Notes: generated from the letters alone by a model not told the origin. A DNA stretch of 64,000 bases from Bacteroidota bacterium (GCA_029265715.1 JAJUGZ010000003.1:10322-74321); one strand, 5' to 3'. Counted from the first letter of the stretch, positions 27,895 to 37,239 are shown. A program made the numbers and translations.

Positions 27895-29051
27895 AGCCTT
27901 TTATATTCCTGTTTATTGTTCTGTTGCCACTCCTGATAAAGGCACAACAAACAGTAACACTGAACGGCTATGTAAAAGATTTGTACATGTTTTATCATCC
28001 GGAGATGGATATTCCCGGAGTGGATTCTGAGTTTCTTTCGACCAATGTGGTGCACAACCGGTTAAATTTCCGGTGGGATGCAACTTCCAAATTCGTCGCT
28101 GTTGTTGAGATGCGGAACAGGCTAATTTTCGGCAACCTGGTCAGCAAATTCCCGGAATATGCTTCGATGGTTGATGTTGATAATGGGTTTTTCGATTTGT
28201 CGTGGATGACCGCTCAGAACGATAAGTGGTTTTTGCATTCGATGATCGATCGGGCTTACCTCGATTATACTGCCGGGAAATGGCAGTTCCGCGTTGGGCG
28301 GCAGCGCATCAACTGGGGCGTGAACCTGGTTTGGAACCCCAACGATGTGTTCAACAGTTTTTCGTATTTCGACTTCGATTACGAAGAGCGTCCGGGGAGT
28401 GATGCCGTTCGGGTGCAGTATTATACCGGAACAACTTCTTCGGGCGAGCTGGTTTACAAAGCAGGCAACGATGCCGACCAGACTGCCGTGGCCGGATTGT
28501 ACCGTTTTTCGTGTCGGGGTTACGATTTCCAGTTCATAGGCGGTTGGGTTGGCCCCGACCTGATTGCCGGTGGCGGTTGGGCCGGCGACATTCGCGGCGC
28601 CGGTTTTCGGGGTGAAATTACGCGTTTCATGCCCCGAAAAGGGGTGGCCAATCCGGTTCCGGCAACTGTGGCTTCGGTTTCGGGCGATTACACGTTCCGG
28701 AATGGCTGGTATATCCACGGCAGCGTTTTGTACAGCAGCAACGGGACTACCGGCAAGGCGGGTGGGATGAACCTGCTGTTTAACCCGGATATGTCGGCCA
28801 AGCAGTTGTCGTTCGCGCGCTATTCGTTGTTTGGTCAGGTTTCGAAGCCGATTACCCCGCTTCTTTCCGGAAGTTTTTCGGGTATCGTCAATCCGTCAGA
28901 CGGCTCGTTTTATGCCGGGCCGTCGCTGGTTTATTCGCTTCAAAACAATCTGGAGCTGATGCTTGCAGGGCAGTTGTTTTTCGGAAGCAGCGGCGCCGAG
29001 TTTGGCGATATCGGCCAGGTCGTTTTTGGACGGCTGAAATGGAGTTTTTAA
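27891..29051 (+). CDS. outer-membrane beta-barrel protein
   Basis: Signal peptide, IDRAYLDY, RVGRQRINWG, DYEERPGSDA, terminal aromatic residue (KWSF). Confidence 0.8.
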   Translation: MKPFIFLFIVLLPLLIKAQQTVTLNGYVKDLYMFYHPEMDIPGVDSEFLSTNVVHNRLNFRWDATSKFVAVVEMRNRLIFGNLVSKFPEYASMVDVDNGFFDLSWMTAQNDKWFLHSMIDRAYLDYTAGKWQFRVGRQRINWGVNLVWNPNDVFNSFSYFDFDYEERPGSDAVRVQYYTGTTSSGELVYKAGNDADQTAVAGLYRFSCRGYDFQFIGGWVGPDLIAGGGWAGDIRGAGFRGEITRFMPRKGVANPVPATVASVSGDYTFRNGWYIHGSVLYSSNGTTGKAGGMNLLFNPDMSAKQLSFARYSLFGQVSKPITPLLSGSFSGIVNPSDGSFYAGPSLVYSLQNNLELMLAGQLFFGSSGAEFGDIGQVVFGRLKWSF

Positions 29052-29082
29052 ATTCAGCAGGAAATGGCAACGAGAAACGTCC

Positions 29083-29113
29083 TTGCCCCGATGCTTCCGG
29101 GGCATAGGGGCAA
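29083..29113. repeat. hairpin repeat, copy 1 (left border of the AT-rich insert)
   Basis: TTGCCCCGATGCTTCCGGGGCATAGGGGCAA. Confidence 0.7.
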
Positions 29114-29143
29114 GAACGTAACCGTGGGCTATTTGCATCAACT

Positions 29144-31258
29144 TTATGGTTTAACCACTAATTTGCCTGTCAGAATTTCGCCGTTGTATAATGCGCGGAC
29201 GATATAAATGCCTTCTTTCCAGCCCGAGGTATTCAGGCATGTGCTCCTGCTCATTATTTTTTCTTTCTTTGCTTTTAGCGCCTGGCTTTGGTCGTAAACC
29301 TCCAAATCCCATGAGGTAGTCTCATCAGGAATGTCTTCTTCCGACGGTTCAACGGATATGGTTGTTACATTGGTGCTTGGGTTTGGTGAGATCATCAGAT
29401 AATCGCACATGATCACATTAATATTCCTTGTTGTTGTTTTTTTGATGCCACAAGCGGTAACTGTGCATGATATATAGCCAGAGCCATCAAAATCTCCCCA
29501 GACAGTACATGTTGGGCTGGTCTCATTACTAATGGAAAGGATATCTGAATCCCAATAAAAAGAATCGCCATTCATCGCATTGGTATCATCGACCCGGTAA
29601 GTTAATTGATAGCCGCATTTTACGACATAATTTCCTGAAAGGACCGGAGCCGGAAGTTCGCTGGTGTAAACATCACGACGAGGAAGCGTAACTTCCCCGC
29701 ACCCATTAGTTATGGTTGCCCCGATCCACCCTGTTCCGGAGCTGGTTGCTGTAAATGTACAGGGGTTAGAGCCTTGGGCCGAACTTCTCGATAGGTTCGC
29801 GCTCTGGGTCCAGGTAATGGTTGCCCCGGGCGGTAAATTGGTAATTGAGTATGAGGCTCCGGAAGTACAGACCAAGGTGGGGCCGGAAATTAAAGGACTT
29901 CTTGTAGTATTTGTTGTTATTGTTCCGGAGCTGCATGGGTCAAGCCAGTTACTCAACCGGGTTGTATTCGTGCCACCCCCTGTCCATGATCGATGGAAGC
30001 ATCCGTACCAAAATTGATTTGAAGAATGACAACCTGGATAACCAGAATGGAGTTGTCCGACAACCCGATCATCCTGATTAAACAAAGGAGAACCGGAAGA
30101 TCCATGTTCTAAAGTTCCATCATCGATGTCAACATACCAATGATTTATTCCCCCAGAAGTCGAACCTTGAACGGTTTCTGGAATTGCGTCATTATCAAAA
30201 GAAATTTTCATTACATCTCCTGATGGATGGTGAATTCCTGTTCCTGAAGTTGGAGCTGTTCCACTTCTATCCCATCCCAGCCAAGCAAAACGTTCATCTC
30301 CTAGAGGAGAATCATCCATTTCCATCAACGCAAAATCAGAAGTATTCCAAGCGGCTCTAAATTGAGCTCCATTATAGGTAATTCCTGTGGTTGCTACACT
30401 TCCACCACATGATATCATTTTGTATTGAAACTTGAACATCCAATTCTCTGCATTAGATATCTCCGCGGAAGATAAATTTCCATCATTTGAGGTATCAATG
30501 CAATGAAATGCAGACAAAAAGTAAGGTTCAAAAGTCTGGCCTGCTGTCATCAGTAATGATCCACTACACAATTCCTCTCCTCCGGAGAGCAAAACCAAAG
30601 CCACTGCATCTGATTCTTCGTCCCAGACAGGAAAGCAGGCAATATCATTGTTACAACTTTCGGAACCTCCCAGGTTCCCGTATGACATTGGTCCCAAATT
30701 TTTATAGGCATGTACTACCCGTTGTATGGTCAAGCGCGATTCTCCAATCTTGTCTTTTGGTTCGAACAGGAATATGGTTACAATATCTCCTTGAATAAGA
30801 TCGGTCAGAAAATAACCGTTTTTCGTATTTTGTTTTGATGTTACTGGCCCGTATAATATTGTCCCAGACACGTTGGATATATACAATTCCGCACCATCTG
30901 GTAAGTAAAATTGATTGAAAACAAAATTGATAGAGTAGGCTCCTTTTGATTGGAACTCCATTGCCCAGAGACGTCCTCCTTCGATATTAACCCATTCTCC
31001 ATCAGATAGCGTGATATGGGTATCAAACCCTTTCCCGAAACGAAAAGGGATATCCACCTTTTCGTTTAGCTTGTCTTCATTAATAAATTTCTGAGCATCA
31101 AACGAGGGGAAAGTCTTTATTTTATTTGCCTTGGGATGTTCCCGGGTAGTCTTAACTTGCTCTAAAGCATTTTTATTTGGGTAAAATCTTGTTTCTACTT
31201 GTCCCTTCGTTGTCGATATAACAGACATAATAATTAGGGTTATGATTGATTGTTTCAT
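29144..31258 (-). CDS. T9SS-secreted trypsin-like serine endopeptidase (lysyl-endopeptidase-like) with pro-domain and Ig-like repeats
   Basis: Triad motifs SAFHC, SDFALM, GSSGSPLF; CTD ISPNPS...GIYIV...KLVVKP. Confidence 0.88.
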   Translation of the reverse strand: MKQSIITLIIMSVISTTKGQVETRFYPNKNALEQVKTTREHPKANKIKTFPSFDAQKFINEDKLNEKVDIPFRFGKGFDTHITLSDGEWVNIEGGRLWAMEFQSKGAYSINFVFNQFYLPDGAELYISNVSGTILYGPVTSKQNTKNGYFLTDLIQGDIVTIFLFEPKDKIGESRLTIQRVVHAYKNLGPMSYGNLGGSESCNNDIACFPVWDEESDAVALVLLSGGEELCSGSLLMTAGQTFEPYFLSAFHCIDTSNDGNLSSAEISNAENWMFKFQYKMISCGGSVATTGITYNGAQFRAAWNTSDFALMEMDDSPLGDERFAWLGWDRSGTAPTSGTGIHHPSGDVMKISFDNDAIPETVQGSTSGGINHWYVDIDDGTLEHGSSGSPLFNQDDRVVGQLHSGYPGCHSSNQFWYGCFHRSWTGGGTNTTRLSNWLDPCSSGTITTNTTRSPLISGPTLVCTSGASYSITNLPPGATITWTQSANLSRSSAQGSNPCTFTATSSGTGWIGATITNGCGEVTLPRRDVYTSELPAPVLSGNYVVKCGYQLTYRVDDTNAMNGDSFYWDSDILSISNETSPTCTVWGDFDGSGYISCTVTACGIKKTTTRNINVIMCDYLMISPNPSTNVTTISVEPSEEDIPDETTSWDLEVYDQSQALKAKKEKIMSRSTCLNTSGWKEGIYIVRALYNGEILTGKLVVKP

Positions 31259-31259
31259 G

Positions 31260-31868
31260 TTATTGGATTTTAAATTGGATTCTAAATTTTAGAGTCCCAG
31301 TCGAAAGAGAGGGACGATCACCTGAGCGTTCAAATTGAAAATGGTATTGAAACCCTGTAAAGTAGTCTCCAATTGGTAAAGGTTTTTGATTAGCGCTTTC
31401 ATAATAGCCATATTTCCAGCGCCAGGAAGAAACTCTGTTATCTATCCATGGTTGTTCAAAAATATATGACTCCCCTATCTCAAATGGATAGGCACCGGTC
31501 CCGATTAAATCTGTTCCTTTGAAAATAAATGGTTTCCCTTCATCGATTTGTAATAAACGATAAACCTTACAGAAATCATTCTCTTCAGAATAAGCATATC
31601 CAGGATAGAAATAAAAATTCTCATTGCTATTATTGGTAACTGAAAAGTAGAAAGAAAAATTCTCACCTTCTTGTAAAACGGTGGTAGGCACACCTTCTTC
31701 ATTTAAGAGACAAAACTTAAATTCTATGCCATCCACTTCTTTCTGGATTACTGTACTTTTATTGGTTGGAGAAATCTCCCAAAGGAGTTCTTCCTCTTTC
31801 TCACACCCTGCCCCCATTAAACTCAGGAGCAGAATAAGACAACTGATTTTTAAAACGATAGTTCTCAT
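31260..31868 (-). CDS. lipoprotein of unknown function, co-transcribed with the protease
   Basis: Lipobox LMGAG-C followed by acidic EKEEE; stop lies 1 nt from the protease start. Confidence 0.8.
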   Translation of the reverse strand: MRTIVLKISCLILLLSLMGAGCEKEEELLWEISPTNKSTVIQKEVDGIEFKFCLLNEEGVPTTVLQEGENFSFYFSVTNNSNENFYFYPGYAYSEENDFCKVYRLLQIDEGKPFIFKGTDLIGTGAYPFEIGESYIFEQPWIDNRVSSWRWKYGYYESANQKPLPIGDYFTGFQYHFQFERSGDRPSLSTGTLKFRIQFKIQ

Positions 31869-32090
31869 TTTTTGTTTTTTTAGGTTTGACAGACAAGGTT
31901 AACTCTTCAGGGCAGTTTGCCCGACAAGCAGCAGGTTTGGGCGGCGGGTGTTTCATCGCATTTGGGTTTTAAAGGTTTAACAAATTGCTTTGGGCACGAT
32001 ATGCCCCTTCTGTTTTCCCTTTTTCGCTGGACCACGATTGATATATAGATGCTGCAAAATGTAAAATCGTTGCGTTGTGCAGTGTTTGTA

Positions 32091-32119
32091 TTGCCCGATG
32101 CTTTCGGACATAGGGGCAA
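32091..32119. repeat. hairpin repeat, copy 2 (right border of the insert)
   Basis: TTGCCCGATGCTTTCGGACATAGGGGCAA, direct imperfect copy of 29083-29113. Confidence 0.7.
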
Positions 32120-32272
32120 TGAGTTACCCAAGTTACGATCTTATTTTCAAACAAAGAATATCAATAACCTAAAAACATACAGGTAAAATGATTTTAAATA
32201 TTGCGGAGGAATAATCCGTGGTCCGGGATTGACTGTTCGACAGAAGGGGCAAGCCCGATAAATCGGACTTTT

Positions 32273-32326
32273 CCCCTCTCTACATGTAGAGAGGGGCGGG
32301 AGCATCGTAGATGCGACGGGGTGAGT
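32273..32326. repeat. REP-like element with a perfect 24-bp palindrome
   Basis: CCCCTCTCTACATGTAGAGAGGGG, then GCATC-GTA-GATGC, then GGGGTGAGT. Confidence 0.8.
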
Positions 32327-32348
32327 TTAATTCCTAAAAGAAATTTAA

Positions 32349-32504
32349 ACAGCCGCTAAAAATTTAAGCGATTTTGGCGTTGACATCCCGCTACCCGGGA
32401 GATATATGTACATCCCTTCCGGAGACGAAACGCTGGAACACAAAGAAATCGCAAAACAAATCGGCGAACTTGTTGAACGAAAGCTCTCTGGTCTGTTGAA
32501 GTAA
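32349..32504 (+). pseudogene. possible 3' remnant of a gene truncated at the insert border
   Basis: Open frame TAAKNLSDFGVDIPLPGRYMYIPSGDETLEHKEIAKQIGELVERKLSGLLK* with protein-like composition and no 5' part. Confidence 0.4.
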
Positions 32505-32515
32505 ATTCGCTTTTC

Positions 32516-34153
32516 TTACCACAAAACCTCTTCCAGTATTTTCCCTTGGCAATAATCCGGGACTGGGATGCGCAGTATTTCGAACAGGGTCGGGACCAGA
32601 TCAATGCCTTCGGTACGGCGGCGGATATTCCCTTTTCTGACCGCGTTGCCATGAAAAATGAGCGGAATGTGCGAGTTGTCGTTATAGATGGTGCGCTGGT
32701 ACTTGTACACCGGCTGCCAGCCGTCTTCGAGCTGGTACAGCACATCGCCCGAGCGTTTCAGGTTGTACGAGTTCGAGATGCTGGACAGTTGTCCATTGGT
32801 AAAGTCGCCTTTAATAAAATCGGTGGCCGGAAGCGCTACCCGGACGCCTTCAAACTGGTTGATGAACGTGGCCGTTTTGGTCAGGATGTCGTTCAGGTCG
32901 ATCTTATTTTTCTGCAACAGTTCGCGGTTGAAATACAGTTGCTGGTCGGAAACATGCTCGATGTAATCGCCCGGCCCGTAAGTTACGTTCAGGTACGATT
33001 TGAGCAGCGCCACGGCGCTTTCCGGCGAAAACTGGCCTACAGGCATGTTAAACTCTTCTTTCAGGTATTCCGATGGGTAAATCGACGAGCAGGTTGATGT
33101 TAACACCACCAGCGTGTTGTTTTTTCCGAAGTTTTTGTCCAGAAAATTCATTATCTGGGCAATCTCCTGGTCCATCCGGAGGTAGGTATCTTCCATTTCG
33201 ACCGAAGCCGGTCCAAACGAGTTGTTTTCGTAGTCCATCGACGTGAAGGTCACAGTCAGCAGGTCCGGGTAGTCATCCATTCCCAGCTTTTCCGAAACAA
33301 TCAGGTTCAGCGCAAAATCTTTGACCAGGGTGTTCCCAAACGGCGTTGTTTTCAGGAATTTGTAACTTTCTGCGCGTGATTTCAGCTTTTTCAGGTTATA
33401 CGGGAAGGTGTTCCATTTATCGTAATAGCCCTTTTCGAGTACATAGTCGTCTTCGAGGCTTTCCTTATAAGTCGACAGGGGCAGGATGGTTGTCCAGTCG
33501 CGCTGCGTGTAAAAATCGGCAAAGTGCTTTTCGTTGAACTGGCGCACCCACTCCGGAAATATATCGAGGTAGTAAGAACTGGAAATCATGTTGCCGTTGG
33601 TTGTGTCGAACCAATAGGCCCCGTTGGCGGCATGACCGGCCGAAAAAATGGCACTGTTGGCATTCAGGGCCACGCTGAATACTTTCGATTGGTTGCGGGT
33701 GCTGATTTTCAGGATGTCGCCGATGGTCGGGCTGAGCAGTTTGGCCGCCGAGCATTCGCCCTCGTGCGAGTCGCTGCCTACGGTAATGTAGAACGGATCG
33801 GCTAGACAGTTCACCTCTTTTTTGCGGAGTTGGTCGTACCAACTGTCGTTTACGATGCCGTGAATGGCGGGGTGGGTGCCGGTGAAAAGGGTAGCCGTGC
33901 CGGTTGTGGTTTTCTGGATGTGCAGGTCGAGCCGGGTGTTTTCGCAAACCGCGCCTTCCTGAACCAACCTTCTGAACCCGCCATCCTGAAACTTTTCCCG
34001 GTAACGGTCTAGGTAGTCGGGCCTCATCTGGTCGACCGAAATAACTACGATCAGTTTGGGAACTTCGGGCGTCTTGGGGCCCTGGGCATAAGAGGCCGGT
34101 ATAAGCAGAACGATCAAGGTCAGGATAGTCAGAAGGTTATGTATTTTTTGCAT
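32516..34153 (-). CDS. PafA-like alkaline phosphatase family protein, metal ligands degenerate
   Basis: PKLIVVISVDQMR, TGTHPAIHGIV, GANGAYW-like segment, RSGDV, HIPLIF. Start ATG 34153. Confidence 0.85.
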   Translation of the reverse strand: MQKIHNLLTILTLIVLLIPASYAQGPKTPEVPKLIVVISVDQMRPDYLDRYREKFQDGGFRRLVQEGAVCENTRLDLHIQKTTTGTATLFTGTHPAIHGIVNDSWYDQLRKKEVNCLADPFYITVGSDSHEGECSAAKLLSPTIGDILKISTRNQSKVFSVALNANSAIFSAGHAANGAYWFDTTNGNMISSSYYLDIFPEWVRQFNEKHFADFYTQRDWTTILPLSTYKESLEDDYVLEKGYYDKWNTFPYNLKKLKSRAESYKFLKTTPFGNTLVKDFALNLIVSEKLGMDDYPDLLTVTFTSMDYENNSFGPASVEMEDTYLRMDQEIAQIMNFLDKNFGKNNTLVVLTSTCSSIYPSEYLKEEFNMPVGQFSPESAVALLKSYLNVTYGPGDYIEHVSDQQLYFNRELLQKNKIDLNDILTKTATFINQFEGVRVALPATDFIKGDFTNGQLSSISNSYNLKRSGDVLYQLEDGWQPVYKYQRTIYNDNSHIPLIFHGNAVRKGNIRRRTEGIDLVPTLFEILRIPVPDYCQGKILEEVLW

Positions 34154-34171
34154 AGTTATCAGATTTGTGGC

Positions 34172-34179
34172 CAAAAATA
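34172..34179 (-). promoter_or_regulatory. -7 promoter element
   Basis: TATTTTTG on the minus strand, 18 nt upstream of the ATG. Confidence 0.6.
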
Positions 34180-34392
34180 TAAAAAGAACGGTTGACCGCC
34201 AATCGATTTGCGTTATATCGGCAAGGGTGCGTTACGGCGAAGTGACCGTCTATAAAGTGCGATATCCTGAGTCTGATGCCATGAAGCCGAGGATGTATGT
34301 AATTCCCCAGATTGATTCGGTTGTGCCGCCTTTACAGTGACAAACCGGCTGACTTCGAGACAGCCTCGAGGTGGATGAAATACGTTCCTTGT

Positions 34393-35511
34393 TCACGTTG
34401 TTTTACGATATCGCCAAATAGCCAGGCTGAGAAATGTGATCCCGATAACGATCAGCGAGGCAAACTCGGTGGTCAGGTCGGTAAATCCGGAGCCTTTTAA
34501 AACCACATTCCGCATAATGCGCATAAAATAATAGATCGGGTTCAGGCGGTCGAGGTACTGCGCCCAGGTTGGCATATTTTCGACCGGGGTGAAAATGCCA
34601 CCCATCAGGATAAATACCATCATAAAAAAGAAGCTGACAAACATGACCTGCTGCTGGGTGTCGGCCAGGGTCGAGATGAAAAGTCCGAGTCCGAGTGCGC
34701 CAACTAAGTAAAGTGTGGCAAAACCGAATAACAGAGGAAGGCTTCCTACAATGGGCAAGTCGAAGGCCAGGCGGGCAATCGTTAGCCCGAAGGCCAGGTC
34801 GAACAAGGCAATAAACACGAAGGGGATGAGTTTGCCGACAATAAATTGATATTTTTTAATGGGTGTCACGTTGAGTTGCTCGATGGTGCCGAGCTCTTTT
34901 TCGCGCACTAAGTTCATCCCCGACAAAAACATGCCGATAATGGTTACCAGGATTGCCAGGATACCGGGCGCCATGTACCATTTGTAATCCAGTTCAGAGT
35001 TGAACCAGAAACTTGGTTGCACCTTGATTTGTTTCGGCGGGTTAAACTCCGGGAGGCCTTTCCATTCGGCAATCAGGTTTTTGTTGTAGCCCTGCAGGAT
35101 GTTGTTGGCGTAGTTATAAATCAGCTCCGCCTTGCTTTGGTTGATGGCATTGATTATGAGTTGTATTTGGGCTTCGTCGTCACGGCGAAGGTCGGCTTCA
35201 AATTTTTCCGGAATGGAAATAACCATATCCACTTTTTCGCGTTTCAGGGCGTCTTCGGCGTCATCCGGAGAAAAACCGGTTTGTGTAATCCGAAAGAACG
35301 GCGAGGCCTGAAACTTATCGGTCAGTTTGCGCGATGCCGACGACAGGTCGTTGTCGACAATGTAAATGTTGACGTTTTTCAGGTCGTTGGTTGCCGCAAA
35401 AACCAGGATCAGCATCTGTAGAATCGGGATGAAAAAAATCATCGGCAGCATGGTCCGGTTCCGGAAAACCTGGATAAACTCTTTTTGCAGGATATAGAGG
35501 ATTGTTCTCAT
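34393..35511 (-). CDS. ABC-2 permease (YbhR-like)
   Basis: KEFIQVFR, REKELGTIEQLNVTP, GGIFTPVENMP. Confidence 0.92.
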   Translation of the reverse strand: MRTILYILQKEFIQVFRNRTMLPMIFFIPILQMLILVFAATNDLKNVNIYIVDNDLSSASRKLTDKFQASPFFRITQTGFSPDDAEDALKREKVDMVISIPEKFEADLRRDDEAQIQLIINAINQSKAELIYNYANNILQGYNKNLIAEWKGLPEFNPPKQIKVQPSFWFNSELDYKWYMAPGILAILVTIIGMFLSGMNLVREKELGTIEQLNVTPIKKYQFIVGKLIPFVFIALFDLAFGLTIARLAFDLPIVGSLPLLFGFATLYLVGALGLGLFISTLADTQQQVMFVSFFFMMVFILMGGIFTPVENMPTWAQYLDRLNPIYYFMRIMRNVVLKGSGFTDLTTEFASLIVIGITFLSLAIWRYRKTT

Positions 35512-35523
35512 CGGATAATCGTT

Positions 35524-35558
35524 TGAAGTTACAAGATACGTGTTACGGGTAACGTGGT
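35524..35558 (-). repeat. orphan degenerate 7-nt tandem repeat arm
   Basis: Minus strand ACCACGT TACCCGT AACACGT ATCTTGT AACTTCA just before the permease ATG. Confidence 0.55.
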
Positions 35559-35720
35559 TTGCATCGAGTCTGTTTCTTGAAATTTTATATTGGATATTTC
35601 AATTTGCTGTTGTCTTTATTGTCTCAGTTAGATTTGTTGTCATTGTTGTTTCAAAAAGTCTATTGTGATCTACTGTGTCTATGTGTTTTTTTATACTGTG
35701 ACAAAATATTGCAATGTCAG

Positions 35721-36827
35721 CTATTCCAGTCTGGTTTTGAACTTTTTGACGGCAATGGTGGTGAACAGCGTGGCCATTCCGGCGATAATCAGGGTTTCTT
35801 TCCAGACATACAGGATGCCGGTGCCTTTCAGCATGATGTTTTTAATGATGATGATAAACCATCGGGGGGGCATGATCGAACTGAGAACCTGCAAGGCTTT
35901 GGGCATATTTTCGATCGGGAAAATAAAGCCTGAAAGCAGCATGGTTGGCAACATCAGGGCAATCATCGAAATAAACATGGCTGTCATTTGCGTTTTGGCC
36001 GCTGTCGAGATTAAAATTCCCAGGCAAAGCGCCATCAGGATAAACAGGATGGTTTCTGCCATCAGGAAAATCACGCTGCCTTTGATGGGGACCAGAAATA
36101 CCAGGTGCCCGATCAGTACAATGACAATGGCATTAATGATCGACAAGAATAGGTAAGGGGTCACTTTCCCCAAGATGATCTGTGTTGGGCGGAGCGGCGA
36201 TACCAGCAGGATTTCCATGGTTCCCAGCTCCTTTTCGCGGGTGATCGAGATGGAAGTCATCATGGCTGAGATCAGCATCAGGATCATGGCCATAATGCCG
36301 GGCACGAACATGTACACGCTTTTCAGGCTTTCGTTGTAAAACATGCGCACTTCGGTATCGATCTGCATGGGCATAGTCACCGGCTTCATGTCTTTGGTAA
36401 TGTAGTCGTTGATGATCCCGGCGGTATATCCCGATAGCAGTTTCCCGATGTTCGGATCGGAAGCGTCGGCAATTATCTGGACATCGGCCCTGCCTTCACG
36501 GACCAGTTTTTCGCCGAAGTTTTGTCCGAAGACGATGACTTCTTTTACATGCCCTTTGCGGAAAATACCTTCTACTTCGGCTGTGCTTTCCAGGTTTTGG
36601 TCGAGCCGGAAATAACCTGATGACAGGATTTTTTGCGTGATTTCGCGTGTTGCCTCGTCCTTGCTTTGGTCGAGGATGGCAATGCGGGCATCTTTAATTT
36701 CGTTTGTGATGACGGTACCGAACAGCAACAGCTGGATGATCGGGATCCCGAACAGGATCACCATGGTACGCACATCGCGAAAGATGTGGTAAAATTCTTT
36801 GATGACAAATCCGTAGAAGCGTTTCAT
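35721..36827 (-). CDS. ABC-2 permease (YbhS-like)
   Basis: KEFYHIFRD, REKELGTMEILLVSP, SGFIFPIENMP. Confidence 0.92.
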   Translation of the reverse strand: MKRFYGFVIKEFYHIFRDVRTMVILFGIPIIQLLLFGTVITNEIKDARIAILDQSKDEATREITQKILSSGYFRLDQNLESTAEVEGIFRKGHVKEVIVFGQNFGEKLVREGRADVQIIADASDPNIGKLLSGYTAGIINDYITKDMKPVTMPMQIDTEVRMFYNESLKSVYMFVPGIMAMILMLISAMMTSISITREKELGTMEILLVSPLRPTQIILGKVTPYLFLSIINAIVIVLIGHLVFLVPIKGSVIFLMAETILFILMALCLGILISTAAKTQMTAMFISMIALMLPTMLLSGFIFPIENMPKALQVLSSIMPPRWFIIIIKNIMLKGTGILYVWKETLIIAGMATLFTTIAVKKFKTRLE

Positions 36828-36838
36828 AGTTTAATCAT

Positions 36839-36859
36839 GAGTAGCGAGTAACGAGTAAA
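36839..36859 (-). repeat. right arm of four-helix-bundle cassette 2
   Basis: Minus strand TTTACTC GTTACTC GCTACTC. Confidence 0.85.
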
Positions 36860-36882
36860 ATGGGCTCGCGTTCGGTTGTTCG

Positions 36883-37239
36883 CTATTTGTTGTTTATTGA
36901 TCGTTGAAGACCGCTTATCATTTTTTGTATTTCATCCAATTTCTGAGTCAATGATTCGAAATCGGGTTGGCTTACGTAGTTTAGTTCGTGTGCGATGATG
37001 AGTTGAGTCTCGAGTTCAAACGAAGAACCCTTGGCAATATTTAAAAAGTGGATGAAGTCTTCCGGGCTCATTCTTCCAGCACCTTCGGCAATATTTGAAG
37101 GAATAGAAGACGCAGCTCTTCGGATTTGTGATGTCAGTCCGTAGCCTTCTTCCGTTGGAAAGGTCTGAGTGATTTTGTATATCAAGATCACTAATTCAAT
37201 GGCCCTTTGCCAAACTTTCAATTCTTTGAAATTATTCAT
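36883..37239 (-). CDS. four-helix-bundle protein (TIGR02436 / 23S-IVP family), intact
   Basis: MNNFKELKVWQRA, FPTEEGYGLTSQIRRAASSIPSNIAEG, FLNIAKGSSFELETQL; real start ATG 37239. Confidence 0.95.
   Translation of the reverse strand: MNNFKELKVWQRAIELVILIYKITQTFPTEEGYGLTSQIRRAASSIPSNIAEGAGRMSPEDFIHFLNIAKGSSFELETQLIIAHELNYVSQPDFESLTQKLDEIQKMISGLQRSINNK

Noticed and set aside
34200-34390. Riboswitch or ribozyme downstream of the efflux operon
   Set aside because: No TPP, cobalamin, SAM or hammerhead core could be matched by eye; an Rfam scan would settle it
36883-37239. Calling this gene part of a 23S rRNA intervening sequence
   Set aside because: No rRNA sequence is present; both neighbours are ABC transporter genes
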